From the human T2T-CHM13v2.0 reference genome, Homo sapiens, in NCBI RefSeq assembly GCF_009914755.1, contig NC_060933.1: a DNA stretch of 64,000 bases. One strand, written 5' to 3'. The position numbers and the translations under genes were made by a program. Below are positions 27,621 to 44,069 of this stretch, one piece after another. Below the pieces are notes generated by a model. The model made no database searches. It was given only the letters and a program-made list of their open reading frames with translations, and was not told where the DNA came from. Position 1 is the first letter of the stretch. Every line of letters starts with the position of its first letter.

Positions 27621-27815
27621 ATTTAAATTTAGATTACATTTTGCACTTAAGTACTAGTCACTGATACTCTTTTTTATTGATAACTTTTCCCATTCTTGAG
27701 AACTTATTTTAAATCATCATCCCATTGCCTGAGATGCAACGTTTAGTAATTTGTATATGAAGCATAGAATTGTGTATTTAACATTATATTGCTGTTGTTT
27801 TCATATATAAATGAC
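27621..27815 (+). repeat. Copy 2 (probable donor) of the ~193-bp duplication
   Basis: Matches 26240-26432 and continues into degenerate L1M-like sequence (atgacaatttgactgggtaaag). Confidence 0.93.
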
Positions 27816-27896
27816 AATTTGACTGGGTAAAGCACTTTCTAGCCACAGACCTTTTTTATTCTCAAAACCCTATAGATACATTTTTTTACTCCTTCC

Positions 27897-28021
27897 TTTT
27901 TTTTTAAATTATACTTTAAGTTCTAGGGTACATGTATACAAAGTGCAGATTTGTTACATAGGTATACATGTGCCATGTTGGTTTGCTGCACCCATCAACT
28001 CATCATTTACATTAGGTATTT
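27897..28021 (-). mobile_element. Very short 5'-truncated L1PA (about L1PA5/6) 3' end
   Basis: polyT-attatactttaagttctagggtacatg...cccatcaactcatcatttacattaggtatt; TSD-like ttcctt(t/a)tttt on both sides. Confidence 0.88.
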
Positions 28022-28149
28022 CCTTATTTTTAATGATGTAAATTGACTGAGGATGATCTAGTATTTCTTCTTTTAATAAAACTGTTTTTTGTGGTATAGA
28101 GGGAGGGACCACGGGGCTCAGTGCTCTTCAATGCTTATAAGTTGGGTTT

Positions 28150-28312
28150 TTTAAATAAAATAATAATAATTATTAATTACTAATAATAAATTATCATAAT
28201 TATATAAGTAACATGTAATCAATAATAACATTTTATAATTAACAATTATTGGCTATAATTATCATATAATTGATTAGATTAATTATAATAATTATTATTT
28301 AACATATATATT
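28150..28312. repeat. AT-rich low-complexity region
   Basis: (taa/tta)-rich, nearly devoid of G/C. Confidence 0.8.
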
Positions 28313-29321
28313 TGTATGAGCCCTGCTTATTTAATTTTTCTGGGACTACTGCAAGCCATTTTAACTTTGCAAATTTATCTTCACATCAGAAAATCTTTCT
28401 TCCAATACATCTTAGATCATTTTCTTGTTTTCCTTTTGCTATCTCTTCTTCATGACTCCTAATGTTGTATATATATATTGATGCCGTTTGCCGTATATAT
28501 ATATAATCTCTTCTCATATTATTTTTACCTCTCTCAAATTTATATTCCACATCATTTCTGTAATTTTACTTGGTATAGGTTTTTCTTTATTCATGTGTGT
28601 GTTATTTAAAATTCTATTTTTAAGTTATAATTAGTTCACCTTCCTTAACTACAGTCATCTTCCTTTTTATTTTATTGTCATTGGTATGAATTCTTTTTCA
28701 ATCTTTTTTATTAGAGTTAATATTATATTTAGTTTTACAGTTTTATTGATTGCACAGAACAGGATCTATTTATTCTAGATTTTTTAGTTTTGTTTAGGTT
28801 TGCTGGGTGGTTGGTTGGCTTGTTGTAAAACCTTTCCAGAAGAACATATATGCACACTGAAGCTTTCCCCTTTTTCATTATAGTAATTTTTGAGAGACAA
28901 TAAACTCCATGCTATACATTCCTTCCACTCATTCTTGCACAAAAACTCTAGGTAGGCCTTGCATTCATGGGAAAACTATGTAGATGGATTCTCTTCGGTC
29001 ACGCTCACTCTCCTCCTAAATGCTGCCAGGATTTTCTTGAAGCTTATGTGTGAGAGTTTCCCACTATAGCACAAAGTAGCCATACGATGGATTAAGCACC
29101 CTATAGGAAGCGGGGTGTGTGTAGGGGGACAATGAAAGAACTTGTTTTTTATGCTTTCTCCTCTGAATATGATAAAGCTGTAGCCAAGAGGAAGTTTTCC
29201 CACCTCGTTTCCCCTAGTCCAGTTTCAGCTAAGGGAACAGCTTGAAGCTAAGCTCCCCCTTCCTCCTGGCTCTATTTCCTTTTCGCTAGGCTGAACTTCA
29301 GATGCCTACGTGCATTTTCTT

Positions 29322-29536
29322 TTCTTTAATTTTTAATTTTTATGGGTACATAGTAGGTGTATACATAGGATAAATGAGATTTTTAAAGCAGGCATACAAT
29401 GTGTAATAACACATCAAGGTAAATGGGGTATCCATCATTTTTAAATAACTAAAATAGTATATTTGGAATGTTTGCAACACAAATAAATGATAAATGCTTG
29501 AGGTAATGGATACTCTATTTACCCTGATGTGATTAT
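29322..29536 (-). mobile_element. Miniature 5'-inverted L1MA (about L1MA1-3) 3' end
   Basis: Antisense 3' end 29322-29437 joined to a sense upstream segment 29438-29536; TSD tac(g/c)tgcattttctt at 29307-29321 and 29537-29551. Confidence 0.85.
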
Positions 29537-30142
29537 TACCTGCATTTTCTTCAAGTGACATTTCCTAACCCTGAGAGAACAAATACAGATGCTTCGGAAC
29601 AATCAAAGAACTTTTCAGTAAAAGTGTTCCAGTACCTCATTTGACTCATGAATCACCTTGGTCCTTAGACCTCACTCTGAAAAATGAAAAATGTTAATAT
29701 GTGTTTGCTTAATTTATTCTACTTAAATCTGTGTCATTATCCAACATGCTTTCATAGAAAATAAATGTACCAAAATCATCTGTCATCCTTATATTTAATA
29801 AAGTAGTGCCTTATGAACAGTGGAAGCCTCCTTTCAGAATTTCTCTTAGACATGGATATGTACTCTTTTGTAATAAAATGGAGCCCATGGTCAAATTATG
29901 AAGTATCAGGCTGGAGGCAGAATGCTTTATTTGAACCCAGGGGCAAATTTACAACAGGTATTTTGGTAGGTGTTAAACAGAAAAGCTTCAGCATGACGGT
30001 TGTCTGCTGTCACGGAACAGAGTCTAGTAGGAAATAAAGATAAATAACTAATTAATTAAAGTTCTATGTGATAAATGGTAAGGTAGGGAAAGCTTATTCA
30101 GTTATACTATTTAAAAGTTCCTGCTGTCTAAGGCTCAACATA

Positions 30143-30245
30143 GGTAGTGATGGATATCTTAATTAATTTGATTGTGGTAATCATTTAACAATTTATATGT
30201 ATATAACATCACTACATTGTACAACTTGAATATATACAATCTTGT
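30143..30245 (+). mobile_element. L1MB-type 3' end fragment
   Basis: gtgatggatatcttaattaatttgattgtggtaatcattt...cattgtacaacttgaatatatacaat. Confidence 0.65.
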
Positions 30246-30885
30246 AAAAGTTTTTCTTTACATTTTTAACATAAGTAAATATTTTGTAAATGTAGGAAAA
30301 GTTTATAGTGCGATGACAGCATAGCATAGAAGTGTTAGAGAACACAGTGTTCTGTGTGTTAGTGTAAGAGAACATAGAGAAGTTTATAGTGCATAGAGAA
30401 TATATCATGTAATTCAGATTTGTGACATCAAAAGCAGTTTCACAGTTTCAGATCTGATGAGTCAAAGGTAGTCAAGTTGAGTGGAGTAAGGCTGTTTTAG
30501 GATGTGACAAACAGGCCTTGCAAGGTCTTACCACAGGGTTCTGAGATTCTTTGTAGTAATTATCCCTTCATATGCAAATGTTGGACATAATAAAGAACAT
30601 ATTCTTAGGAGTCTTGGGCCATTCCATCACAAGAGAAAATGTATGAAGCTCCTAAATTTTTTTTTCCTTATATATATGTTTATTATACTTTAAGTTCTAG
30701 GGTACATGTGCACAACGCGCAGGTTTGTTACATATGTATACATGTGCCATGTTGGTGTGCTGCACCCATTAACTTGTCATTTACATTAGGTATATCTCCT
30801 AATGCTATCCCTCCCCACTCCCCCCACCCCACAACAGGCCCCAGTGTGTGATGTTCGCCTTCCTGTGTCCAAGTGTTCTCATTGT

Positions 30886-34706
<3,821 letters not shown>

Positions 34707-34769
34707 TATGATGTTAGCTGGTTATTTTACTCGTTAGTTGATGCAGTTTCTTCCTAGCATCAATGGTCT

Positions 34770-35785
34770 TTGCAATTTGGCATGATTTTGCAGTGGCTGG
34801 TACCGGTTGTTCCTTTCCACGTTTAGTGCTTCCTTCAGGAGCTCTTTTAGGGCAGGCCTGGTGGTGACAAAATCTCTCAGCATTTGTTTGTCTGTAAAGG
34901 ATTTTATTTCTCCTTCACTTATGAAGCTTAGTTTGGCTGGATATGAAATTCTGGGTTGAAAAGTCTTTTCTTTAAGAATGTTGAATATTGGCCCCCACTC
35001 TCTTCTGGCTTGTAGTGTTTCTGCTGAGAGATCAGCTGTTAGTCTGATGGGCTTCCCTTTGTGGGTAACTCAACCTTTCTCTCTGGCTGCCCTTACATTT
35101 TTTCCTTCATTTCAACTTTGGTGAATCTGACAATTATGTGTCTTGGAGTCGCTCTTCTCGAGGAGTATCTTTGTGGCATTCTCTGTATTTCCTGAATTTG
35201 AATGTTGGCCTGCCTTGCTAGGTTGGGGAAGTTTCCCTGGATAATATCCTGCAGAGTGTTTTCCAACTTGGTTCCATTCTCCCTGCCACTTTCAGGTACA
35301 CCAATCAGACATAGATTTAGTCTTTTCACATAGTCCCATATTTCTTGCAGGCTTTGTTCGTTTCTTTTTATTCTTTTTTCTCTAAACTTCTCTTCTCGCT
35401 TCATTTCATTCATTTGATCTTCCATCACTGATACCGTTTCTTCCAGCTGATCAAATTGGCTACTGAAGTTTATGCATTCATCACCTAGTTCTCGTGCCAT
35501 GGTTTCCAGCTCCATCAGTTCATTTAAGGCCTTCTCTACATTGGTTATTCTAGTTAGCCATTTGTCTAATCTTTTTTCAAGGTTTTTAACTTCTTTGCCA
35601 TGGGTTCGAACTTCCTCCTTTAGCTCAGAGAAGTTTGATCATCTGAAGCCTTCTTCTCTCAACTGGTCAAAGTAATTCTCCGTCCAGCTTTGTTCCATTG
35701 CTGGTGAGGAGCTGCGTTCCTTTGGAGGAGGAGAAGCACTCTGATTTGTAGAATTTTCAGTTTTTCTGCTCTGTTTTTTCCCCAT
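34770..35785 (-). pseudogene. L1 ORF1 (RNA-binding protein), disrupted
   Basis: ATG at 35785; track fragment NEQSLQEIWDYVKRLNLCLIGVPE...RRATPRHIIVRFTKVEMKEK; broken frame. Confidence 0.9.
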
Positions 35786-36790
35786 CTGTGTGGTTTTATC
35801 TACCTTTGGTCTTTGATGATGGTGATGTACAGATGGGGTTTTGGTGTGGATGTGCTTTCTGTTTGTTGTTTCCTTCTAACAGTCAGGACCCTCAGCTGTA
35901 GGTCGCTTGGAGTTTGCTGGAGGTCCACTCCAGACCCTGTCTGCCTCAGCAGCGGAGGCTGCAGAACAGCGAATATTGCTGAACCGCAAATGTTACTGTC
36001 TGATCGTTCCTCTGGAAGTTTCGTCTCAGAGGGGTACCTGGCCATATGAACTGTCAGTCTGCCCCTACTTGGGGGTGCCTCCCAGTTAGGCTACTCGGGG
36101 ATCAGGGACCCACTTGCGGAGGCAGTCTGTCTGTTCTCAGATCTCAAACTCTGTGCTGGGAGAACCACTAGTCTCTTCAAAGCTGTCAGACAGGGACATT
36201 TAAGTCTGCAGAGGTTTCTGCTGCCTTTTGTTCGGCTATGCCCTGCCCCTAGAGGCGGAGTCTACAGAGGCAGGCAGGCCTCCTTGAGCTGTGGTGGACT
36301 CCACCCAGTTCGATCTTCTTGGCTGCTTTGTTTACCTACTCAAGCCTCTGCAATGGTGGGTGCCCCTCCCCCAGCCTTGCTGCCGCCTTGCAGTTGGATC
36401 TCAAACTGCTGTGCTAGCAATGAGCGAGGCTCTGTGGGCATGGGACCCTCTGAGCCAGGTGTGGGATATAATCTCCTGATGTGCCGTTTGCTAAGACCAT
36501 TGGAAAAGTGCCGTATTAGGGTGGGAGTGACCCGATTTTCCAGGTGCCGTCTGTCACCACTTTGCTTGGCTAGGAAAGGGAATTCCCTGACCCCTTGCAC
36601 TTACCGGGTTAGGTGATGCCTCGCCCTGCTTTGGCTCAAGCTCGGTGCACTGCACCCACTGTCTGACAAGCCCCAGTGAGATGAACCTGGTACCTCAGTT
36701 GGAAATGCGGAAATCACCCGTCGTCCTTGTCGCTCACACTGGGAGCTATAGACTGGAGCTGTTCCTATTTGGCCATCTTGGAACCCAACC
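35786..36790 (-). promoter_or_regulatory. L1 5'UTR bidirectional promoter (sense to the left, antisense promoter to the right); YY1 motif; retains the ~129-bp segment lost in younger L1
   Basis: caagatggcc YY1-type motif (ggccatcttg at 36771-36780); segment ttgctggaggtccactccagaccc...gtctcagagggg at ~35914-36034. Confidence 0.75.
36353..36616 (+). CDS. ORF0: L1 antisense ORF0-like open reading frame, 87 aa
   Basis: MVGAPPPALLPPCSWISNCCASNERGSVGMGPSEPGVGYNLLMCRLLRPLEKCRIRVGVTRFSRC... resembles primate L1 ORF0; CAG/GT donor-like sites at 36459 and 36544; expression not shown. Confidence 0.5.
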   Translation: MVGAPPPALLPPCSWISNCCASNERGSVGMGPSEPGVGYNLLMCRLLRPLEKCRIRVGVTRFSRCRLSPLCLARKGNSLTPCTYRVR

Positions 36791-37935
36791 GAAGCTCTTA
36801 AATTTTTATTATTTTTTTCTCTTCTGGAACTTCCATTAAATTCTTTTTTTATGTGATTCAGGTATCTGATGAAATACTAAACTATGTCATATAATTTCTT
36901 AGACATGCTAATAATGGTTATTTTAAAATCAATCAAAGTCTTCTGTGGATATGTTTCTATTTTCTCTTGGTTTTTTGCCAATTGTTCTTTTCTCCTGGCA
37001 TGCCGGGTAATTTTCCCGTAAATGCTGAGCACTATAAATTTCAGAAAATTACAGCGATAATTTAAGCTCTGGGTGAGATCATCTTTGCTTGAGAAGTTGT
37101 GTTTTGTTTCTATCAGGCAGTTAGCTAGTGGCAGGTAATCTTAATCCGGTCTGGGATTGAGCTGATTTAAAGCTTGGTTTCATTCTTGATGGGTGCTAGT
37201 CTATTTCTAGTTTATCTACATTCCTGTGGATTCCCCTTTGTTTGCCTCAGCTGAAAGCCTGTACTGTTTTCTGTGGTTTCTTCTAGTTGACCTTCCCAAA
37301 ACTCCAATTTTTGCTTTCTCTGCTCTGTGAGATTGCCAACAGTTACTGCTCAGTGTCTTAGTATCTAGATTACCACTTATAAATTGGCATATATTATAAA
37401 GGGAAAAACGTAGGTGAATATCAAGTTTAACTTAACACATGCTTTAAGCACTTTCAAACATGCAGATTGTAATATTCTCTATCCAACTTTTCTAGTGGGT
37501 TTTAGTAGTAGTGTTACTGGTGAAGGAAAAGTCACAGTCTCTTCCCCTTATGGTTTTTCAATTAACATTGATTCAATTAAGTATTAACTTATTGTTCTTT
37601 TTCTATGGGGCATTACACAGTGGAAGTCCAGGATCCCCTCATTCTGTTTACTTGAACTGTTGGTTTGGATTCTACTATGTCCTCATCCCCATATTCCTGA
37701 TTAACGCTATGAGCTATAATGCCAAAGAGTGAATAGATGGAGATATCCCTGTCTTAAATTTATTCTGGTCTTTTGAGCTCAAATTGGGAGGGATGTACTA
37801 CAGCATCACCCTGCTACTTTCTCTGCCTATATGAAGTGAGAACTGAACTCTTCAAAAATAATTTAAACTATCAGAAAATTTAAAAATTTCAGATGATTAT
37901 GCACATATCCATTAAATGATATAGATTTTACTAAG

Positions 37936-38012
37936 TCTGTTTTTGCCACTATGGTTTCCCCAGCATCTAGATACAGAAATCTATCAATAAGGAGGTGTTG
38001 AATGAATGAGTA
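37936..38012 (+). mobile_element. L2 3' terminus
   Basis: ctgtttttgccactatggtttccccagcatctag...tcaataa...tgttgaatgaatga. Confidence 0.6.
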
Positions 38013-38339
38013 ATAACAAAGCATAATAACCTATTGCTATAGTCATGTTGAATTAGTTACTGTGCTCATAAAGTATTCATTAGTTATTGTTTATAATGTT
38101 AGCTAACCCTACAGTGGAAAAGTGTGTCACTTTAAGAACTTTCCAGTTGGGTACACTATCAAAATAGGAATGCCTTTAAAACTCAGTTTGGTACACTCAA
38201 GCAGGGGCTTTATGTAAAACTTGCTCCACGTTAAAGTGCTGATCATTTCTTAGCCTAGCATGAATTCCTGTATTCAATTCCACAGGTAACATCTTCTTCC
38301 TCTTGGAATTCTTCTTTATCAAGTGTCAAGTAATGGATG

Positions 38340-38445
38340 GTTCACTGGACAGGGAGTCAGGGGAGCTGGGTTTGACTCTTGGCTCTGCCACTTACAAGGC
38401 TGTGTGTCACAGGAGAACCTCACATAATTCTCTAAGCCTCTTTTG
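38340..38445 (+). mobile_element. MIR fragment
   Basis: ggagtcagggg-agctgggtttgactcttggctctgccactta...tctctaagcctc. Confidence 0.65.
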
Positions 38446-39104
38446 TTACTTCCACTCTGAACATCATAGAACAACAGGACTGATTCAAGAATTTTTGTGT
38501 CTTTTCCTCCTAGTGTGCGTCATGTTATAGGCACTCATTAAACATTAGTTCCCTTTTTTAGTGCAAATAAAGGAATATTTTACTTTATTTTTCTTTATAT
38601 AGCTTGAGCAAATTTATGTTAGGCTATGAAGAAAGTAAAACTCTATAAATGTAAACAGGGATGGGCAGCTTTTATTATATTCATAATGAAAAAGCATGTA
38701 CTACCCAGTTCTTTAAGTACCAAGAAATGTGCTTGCCCTGTTTACAATATATTTTTATTGTAAATAGCTTACTTCTCATTCTCCCAATACAGACTGTTCT
38801 CTTATTTGTTCCAGAAATTCCATGATGTTGCCAGTCAATAGACATGTCCCTATACCCTGTAACAGGTGTAAACTGCTCCCTACACCAAAACTAAAGATAT
38901 TCATGAAAACAAATAACTTGCAGCTACACATTATTGTTAGGTCCTGAGATAAGCAGTTGTTCTCAGACATCTCTGGACATTAAAGTAGATATAAATATTC
39001 CCAGCTCTAGAAAGGGCAGGAACATAGCCAATGGTACCTCCCTTCAGCAATCTGCAGGATCACCATTTCCATCTCCCTAATCTGCCCTGTTGTCTACCTT
39101 GCTC

Positions 39105-39413
<309 letters not shown>

Positions 39414-40049
39414 TAAAGCAATGACTCTGCATCCAAAAATGAAGCATGGGAGGGTTTTTTCTACTTTATCAATGTCTTTATTAAGTTGCACTAGGTTTTG
39501 AATAGCTTTCCCTTTATACCACACATCTTTTCTCTCTATTATTTACAAATCCTTGAATTGTTCATTCATATGTGTGGAACCTTGAAAAGGGATATTGCTG
39601 GTATAATATCGACTGGTCAGGAGTGTTGGGATGAGTGTTTTGGGACAGTCTCCAGACTGTAAATGTGTGTTGATTTACAGCAGGTTATCAGGATATCAGG
39701 GTCATGGGATACTAGCACCAAAACCAAGAACTACAAGGAGCTTCCCCTGTCAGGCATACGTTATTCACTATTGAAAGTCAGGAAATATTTTAGATTACAA
39801 GGAAATTATTCTTAATATTTTTTGGCAAGGATTCCTTTGAAATTCTGAGGATATATGTGACTCCTTTCACAAAGAAAACATGCATATTCAATATTTCATA
39901 CTCCAAATCAAGAAGTAGAATTCTTGATCTGAGACATTTAAAGGGCCATGATTCCCAGGACAAAGGCTGTGGCGGACTTTTAATTGCCACCTCATAACTT
40001 TATTTTTGAAAATTAGAACACAAGAGCCAGAGAGAAATCCCCAGCGGCA

Positions 40050-40260
40050 GCATGGTCTGGTGGACTGAGCACTGGCCTTGGAGTCAAACAGGCAAGTGTT
40101 TCATTTCTAGAACAGTAAGTTTTCAGTTGAGTGACTTACCTTAATCATTTTTACAAATGAGAAAACTAGACTCAAAGAATTTAAGTAATGTGTCAGAGTT
40201 TGTGAAGAGTAAATTATGAACCCATATCTGTCAGGCTGCAAATTTATATTCTTTCTAGTA
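40050..40260. mobile_element. Two MIR fragments in opposite orientation
   Basis: gagcactggccttggagtcaaacagg (sense) followed by tttacaaatgagaaaactagactcaaaga...aagtaa (antisense core). Confidence 0.55.
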
Positions 40261-40559
40261 TGTTGTATTGATCAGCAAAACAGGAAAGCTAAAAATGACA
40301 TTTTTTTCTTATTAGCTCTAAACCCATAAGTCTGTCATTTGCAAGCTTATGGCAGATGGAGAACATTGAGGCCAGGGGAAGCATTTAGAAGACTGCTTGA
40401 TATCCAAGCAGAGTGAGTCCCGGACTCTGGCATAAGAAGCACCAGAAGTTTGGAGCAAGTAATTCTTAAGCAGAAGAAAGAACATTAGGCTTACATTAAG
40501 TAGTGCTTGATGGGAATAAGTATTGTGATATTATTTCTTCAAATTTGTCTGTAGTAATA

Positions 40560-40787
40560 CTGGTTGAGTATCCCTTATTTGAAATTTTTGGCACTAGAAG
40601 TGTTTTGAACTTTGGATTTTTTTTTTTTTCAGATTTAGGGATATCTGCATTATATTCAGCAGCCCTAATCTGAAAATCCAAAATTGAAAATGTTCAAAAC
40701 TCTGAAACCTTCTGATATGATGCTCAAAGAAAATGCTCATTTAAGCATTTCAGATTTTGGATTTTCCGATTAGGGATACTCAATCTA
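40560..40787. mobile_element. Tigger4/Zombi (MER46-type) non-autonomous DNA transposon
   Basis: Terminal inverted repeats ggttgagtatccct ... agggatactcaatc; internal ctaatctgaaaatcc / cagattttggattttc motifs. Confidence 0.85.
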
Positions 40788-40989
40788 TTCAAATCACTTT
40801 ATTTTATATTCAATTAATGTTGATACATAGCTGTTTCAGCAATGCAGTCTGCTTTTAAAAAGTTATCTTAAAATGATCTAATAAAAAATAGGCAAGTGTA
40901 TTTCTTATGTATAGACTACTACTTTAAAATGACCAAAGAAAAAATAGGTTTCTGTGTTTCTGAAGAATAATTGCTGGATTTATAATAAC

Positions 40990-41140
40990 TGAGCTTAGCT
41001 CCTAGCTCTCTCAATTATTAGTTAGATGACCTTAGGCATGTAACTGAACTATGGTTCAACTTCCTTACATATGAAATAGAGATGATAATATTTCCCACAC
41101 ATAATGCTTATTTGGCAATTAGGTGAAATAATGTAGAAGG
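40990..41140 (+). mobile_element. MIR fragment
   Basis: cctagctct...gatgaccttaggcatgtaactgaac...ttccttacatatgaaatagagatgataata. Confidence 0.6.
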
Positions 41141-41959
41141 ATGACTGATGAATTAGAACATGAAAATTATGCTAGAGGTTTCAACATATAATAGAGGTTG
41201 ATTCAGAATGTCAACTTGGAGCCCATTTTCTATGTCTTTGTAAAACAGCTTTTCTATCTTGATGTGCACAGTTCTGGACAGAGGGTATACCAATTTGCAT
41301 TTGGAGCCCAGGGTCCTCCTGGAAGGGAAGAAACTGAGACACTAAGATTAAAGTTAGGAAGAATGTATTGAGGCAGGACAGTGTGATGCTAACCAATGCT
41401 AAGCAGCAGGTAAGGACAACAGAGTCCCTGAACTAAAATTTTACTTGGTATCAGAAAATACTGTCTTGTAGACTGGCTTAGCACTAAATCTGAGAAGAGG
41501 CAGGAGTATCAGAAATAGAGAGGAAAAAGAGAGCCCACCCAACCCAGCTGTCTTGAAACAGGCTTCATTTTGGGAAGGTGGCCGTGTGAGTAACATACAA
41601 GCATTATCCTCCAGAGATCAGCCAACTTGGCATGGAATCTTCTCTGCTACGGAGTGGACCATCTTATCTCTGGAAGTTCCTGCAGCAGAGCAGGAACGTG
41701 TACTAGCACTTGTGGAGAGGAAAAGTGGGAGCTCAGGTTCAAACATATGGCCTTGAGTATGACCCTGATCCCGGGGAACAGTGCTTCCTTGCTTCCTCTT
41801 GGTAGGAGGAGCTCTGCCACAGAGATAATTATGCAGGCAACACTTTTCCATTGCAGAGAAAAGTTCCTCTCTGAGACCTCAGAAGATGATTTATAGATGT
41901 ATAGCCTTTAAGGAAACCCAGGTAGCTTCAATCGCAACAACAATCAGTTGCAGCCGGAA

Positions 41960-42165
41960 CATTTGTTGAGCACAGCATGCTGTGTTCATATTATCTTATT
42001 TAATCTTTAAAACAACCTTAGGAAACTGGCACTATCTTCCCATTTTACATATAAGAACACTGAGACTCAGCAAGGTTAAAAAATGTGCCTGGCTAATAAA
42101 CAGTGGATCCCAGATCAGAAATCAGGTCTGTCTGATTCTAAGCCTCACACTAAACTCATATTCTA
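41960..42165 (-). mobile_element. MIR
   Basis: atttaatctttaaaacaacc...cccattttacatataagaacactgagactcagcaaggttaa...caggtctgtctgattcta. Confidence 0.75.
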
Positions 42166-44069
42166 CTTCCTTGAAATCACTTCTTGACACAGTTTTTGAC
42201 TTTCTGACAGGCCAATATTTGCACTGCAGCTATTCTTATGGAGTAGTTCTGCAAGAAAAAACTGTTTGCAACGGGCTATTGCAGAACTCACATCCCTGGA
42301 GGCTTCAGCTTCAAATTATATTCCAGGTTTTCAAAATCTATTAGGTTTAAAAACAGCCTGGGCTTTTTCTCCCATCCATGTTTAGGATGGCATACGTTAA
42401 CTGAATATTCTAACACATTTGCAAATGCAATCACCCAGGCGGTATATTACTGGAGCAGCATACCCAGACAGCTATGCAAATGAAAAATACCTCTACTTTT
42501 AAATGACCAGTAGACCTCTAATGACTTACTGTCAAATAAGCACTGTTGGTTTGTGGGCTTCTCTGAAAGGATCCCAGCACTCTAAATTTGTGAAACTAAA
42601 CTTGACGTCTTCAGTGGTAATATGAGTATAGTATGGTGATTACAATTAGTTTAGATTTATTTAACTGCATAGGCACTCAACTTATGAATTTTTCCTCATG
42701 CTAAAGAGCAAAATGTGATGCTTCTTACAATGTCATTTTGATTCAACTCGGTTTAACCCTGTCTTTTCAAGCCTAGCCTTCCCCTTTTCATCAGGGGTAC
42801 ATGCTAATAAGTGCAGGCAAACTGTCTAAATATTTGCAACAAACCCTGGGAGCAACTACATTTTTAGCAAGTATGAATTCCACAACATCCAGTGAAAGGA
42901 TGCTGTCTCAATGAACTATACTCAAAAAGCTAAGAGACTTTTCATTTTATTTTAAACACAAGACTAGTAATTTTACTTTATTTGAACTTAAATTCCTGGA
43001 AGGTGATACTTTTTGAATTCTGTAGTTAAGAAGACTATTAAAAATTTTTGCTGACACTGAAAGAAAGTTATTTGCTATTTAAGATATCTGAGTGTAAGTA
43101 ATGTGACATCTAAAGCTGAGCATATGCAGAAAGGAAACATCTGCAGAAGCAAGCATGAGTGTAGTATTCTGTACTTACTCTATTCACCTATATTCAGGAA
43201 GGTAACATAACAGAAAGGTAAGAAGGCTGCTCTAGTCACCTTAATGGTATATAACAGCCTACCTTCTATATATATATGAGAACTTTTGCACCATGGATAT
43301 GTTTGAATGCAATCATTTTTAACACAGCAGTCATTCTGACTCCATAGGATTCATATGAGCAAACCTAACAGTAGCAGCTTGGCAAGTCTGAAAAAAAATG
43401 AAGTAGGTTCATTGAGATGAAAACTAACTTGAGTAGAAACCTCTATAAGTAAAATGAAAACAAAAACAATTCTGAGGTGAATAGAACAAGAGGGAAAGGC
43501 ATTAAAGATTTCAGAAATCTCATGCAAGTATCCCAGGGAATTGAGTATTCTTGCTTTATTGGGATATAAATCATTATATTTTATGTTAAGAGAGAAAAGC
43601 ATCTTAATTAGTGCTATTTATCATCAATGAGAACATTTGTAATTCCGTGGTATCTATGAGAGGCTAAGGTCTCCTTGTAAATTATTATCATTATCATTAT
43701 TAAACATGTGTTCCTATGTAACCTAAAGTAGCAGAAGGTTTTACTGAGAAAATTGGACAGCACTTTCCTATGTGAGTCAACCATAGTCCTTCAACTTAGA
43801 ACAGAATTTCTCAGGGAAAAGGCACCGGACTTGCCCATTTTGTGTAAATCTCCAGGGTAGATACACTACCCTAGATAAAAGGTATGGTGGAATCTCTTAT
43901 TTATACCTCTACCTTCTCTCTATTTTTCTGGGAAGGCAAGGCTTTTAGAGATGAGTAAATTTTCGTATGAGTAAAATAGGAATGGGATAAAGATTGGGAT
44001 CATTTCCTTTGGGAAATGTAATTTTATTATTACCCATTCTGATGGTTGGTCCATCACCAAATAAACAAG

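Noticed and set aside
34707-34772. Loss of the L1 ORF1 stop codon (TAA>CAA) as a possible ORF1-ORF2 read-through
   Set aside because: ORF1 is already disrupted upstream and ORF2 downstream, so no fusion product is plausible.
39800-39965. Possible hAT-type MITE remnant
   Set aside because: Only a vague resemblance; termini and family cannot be supported by eye.
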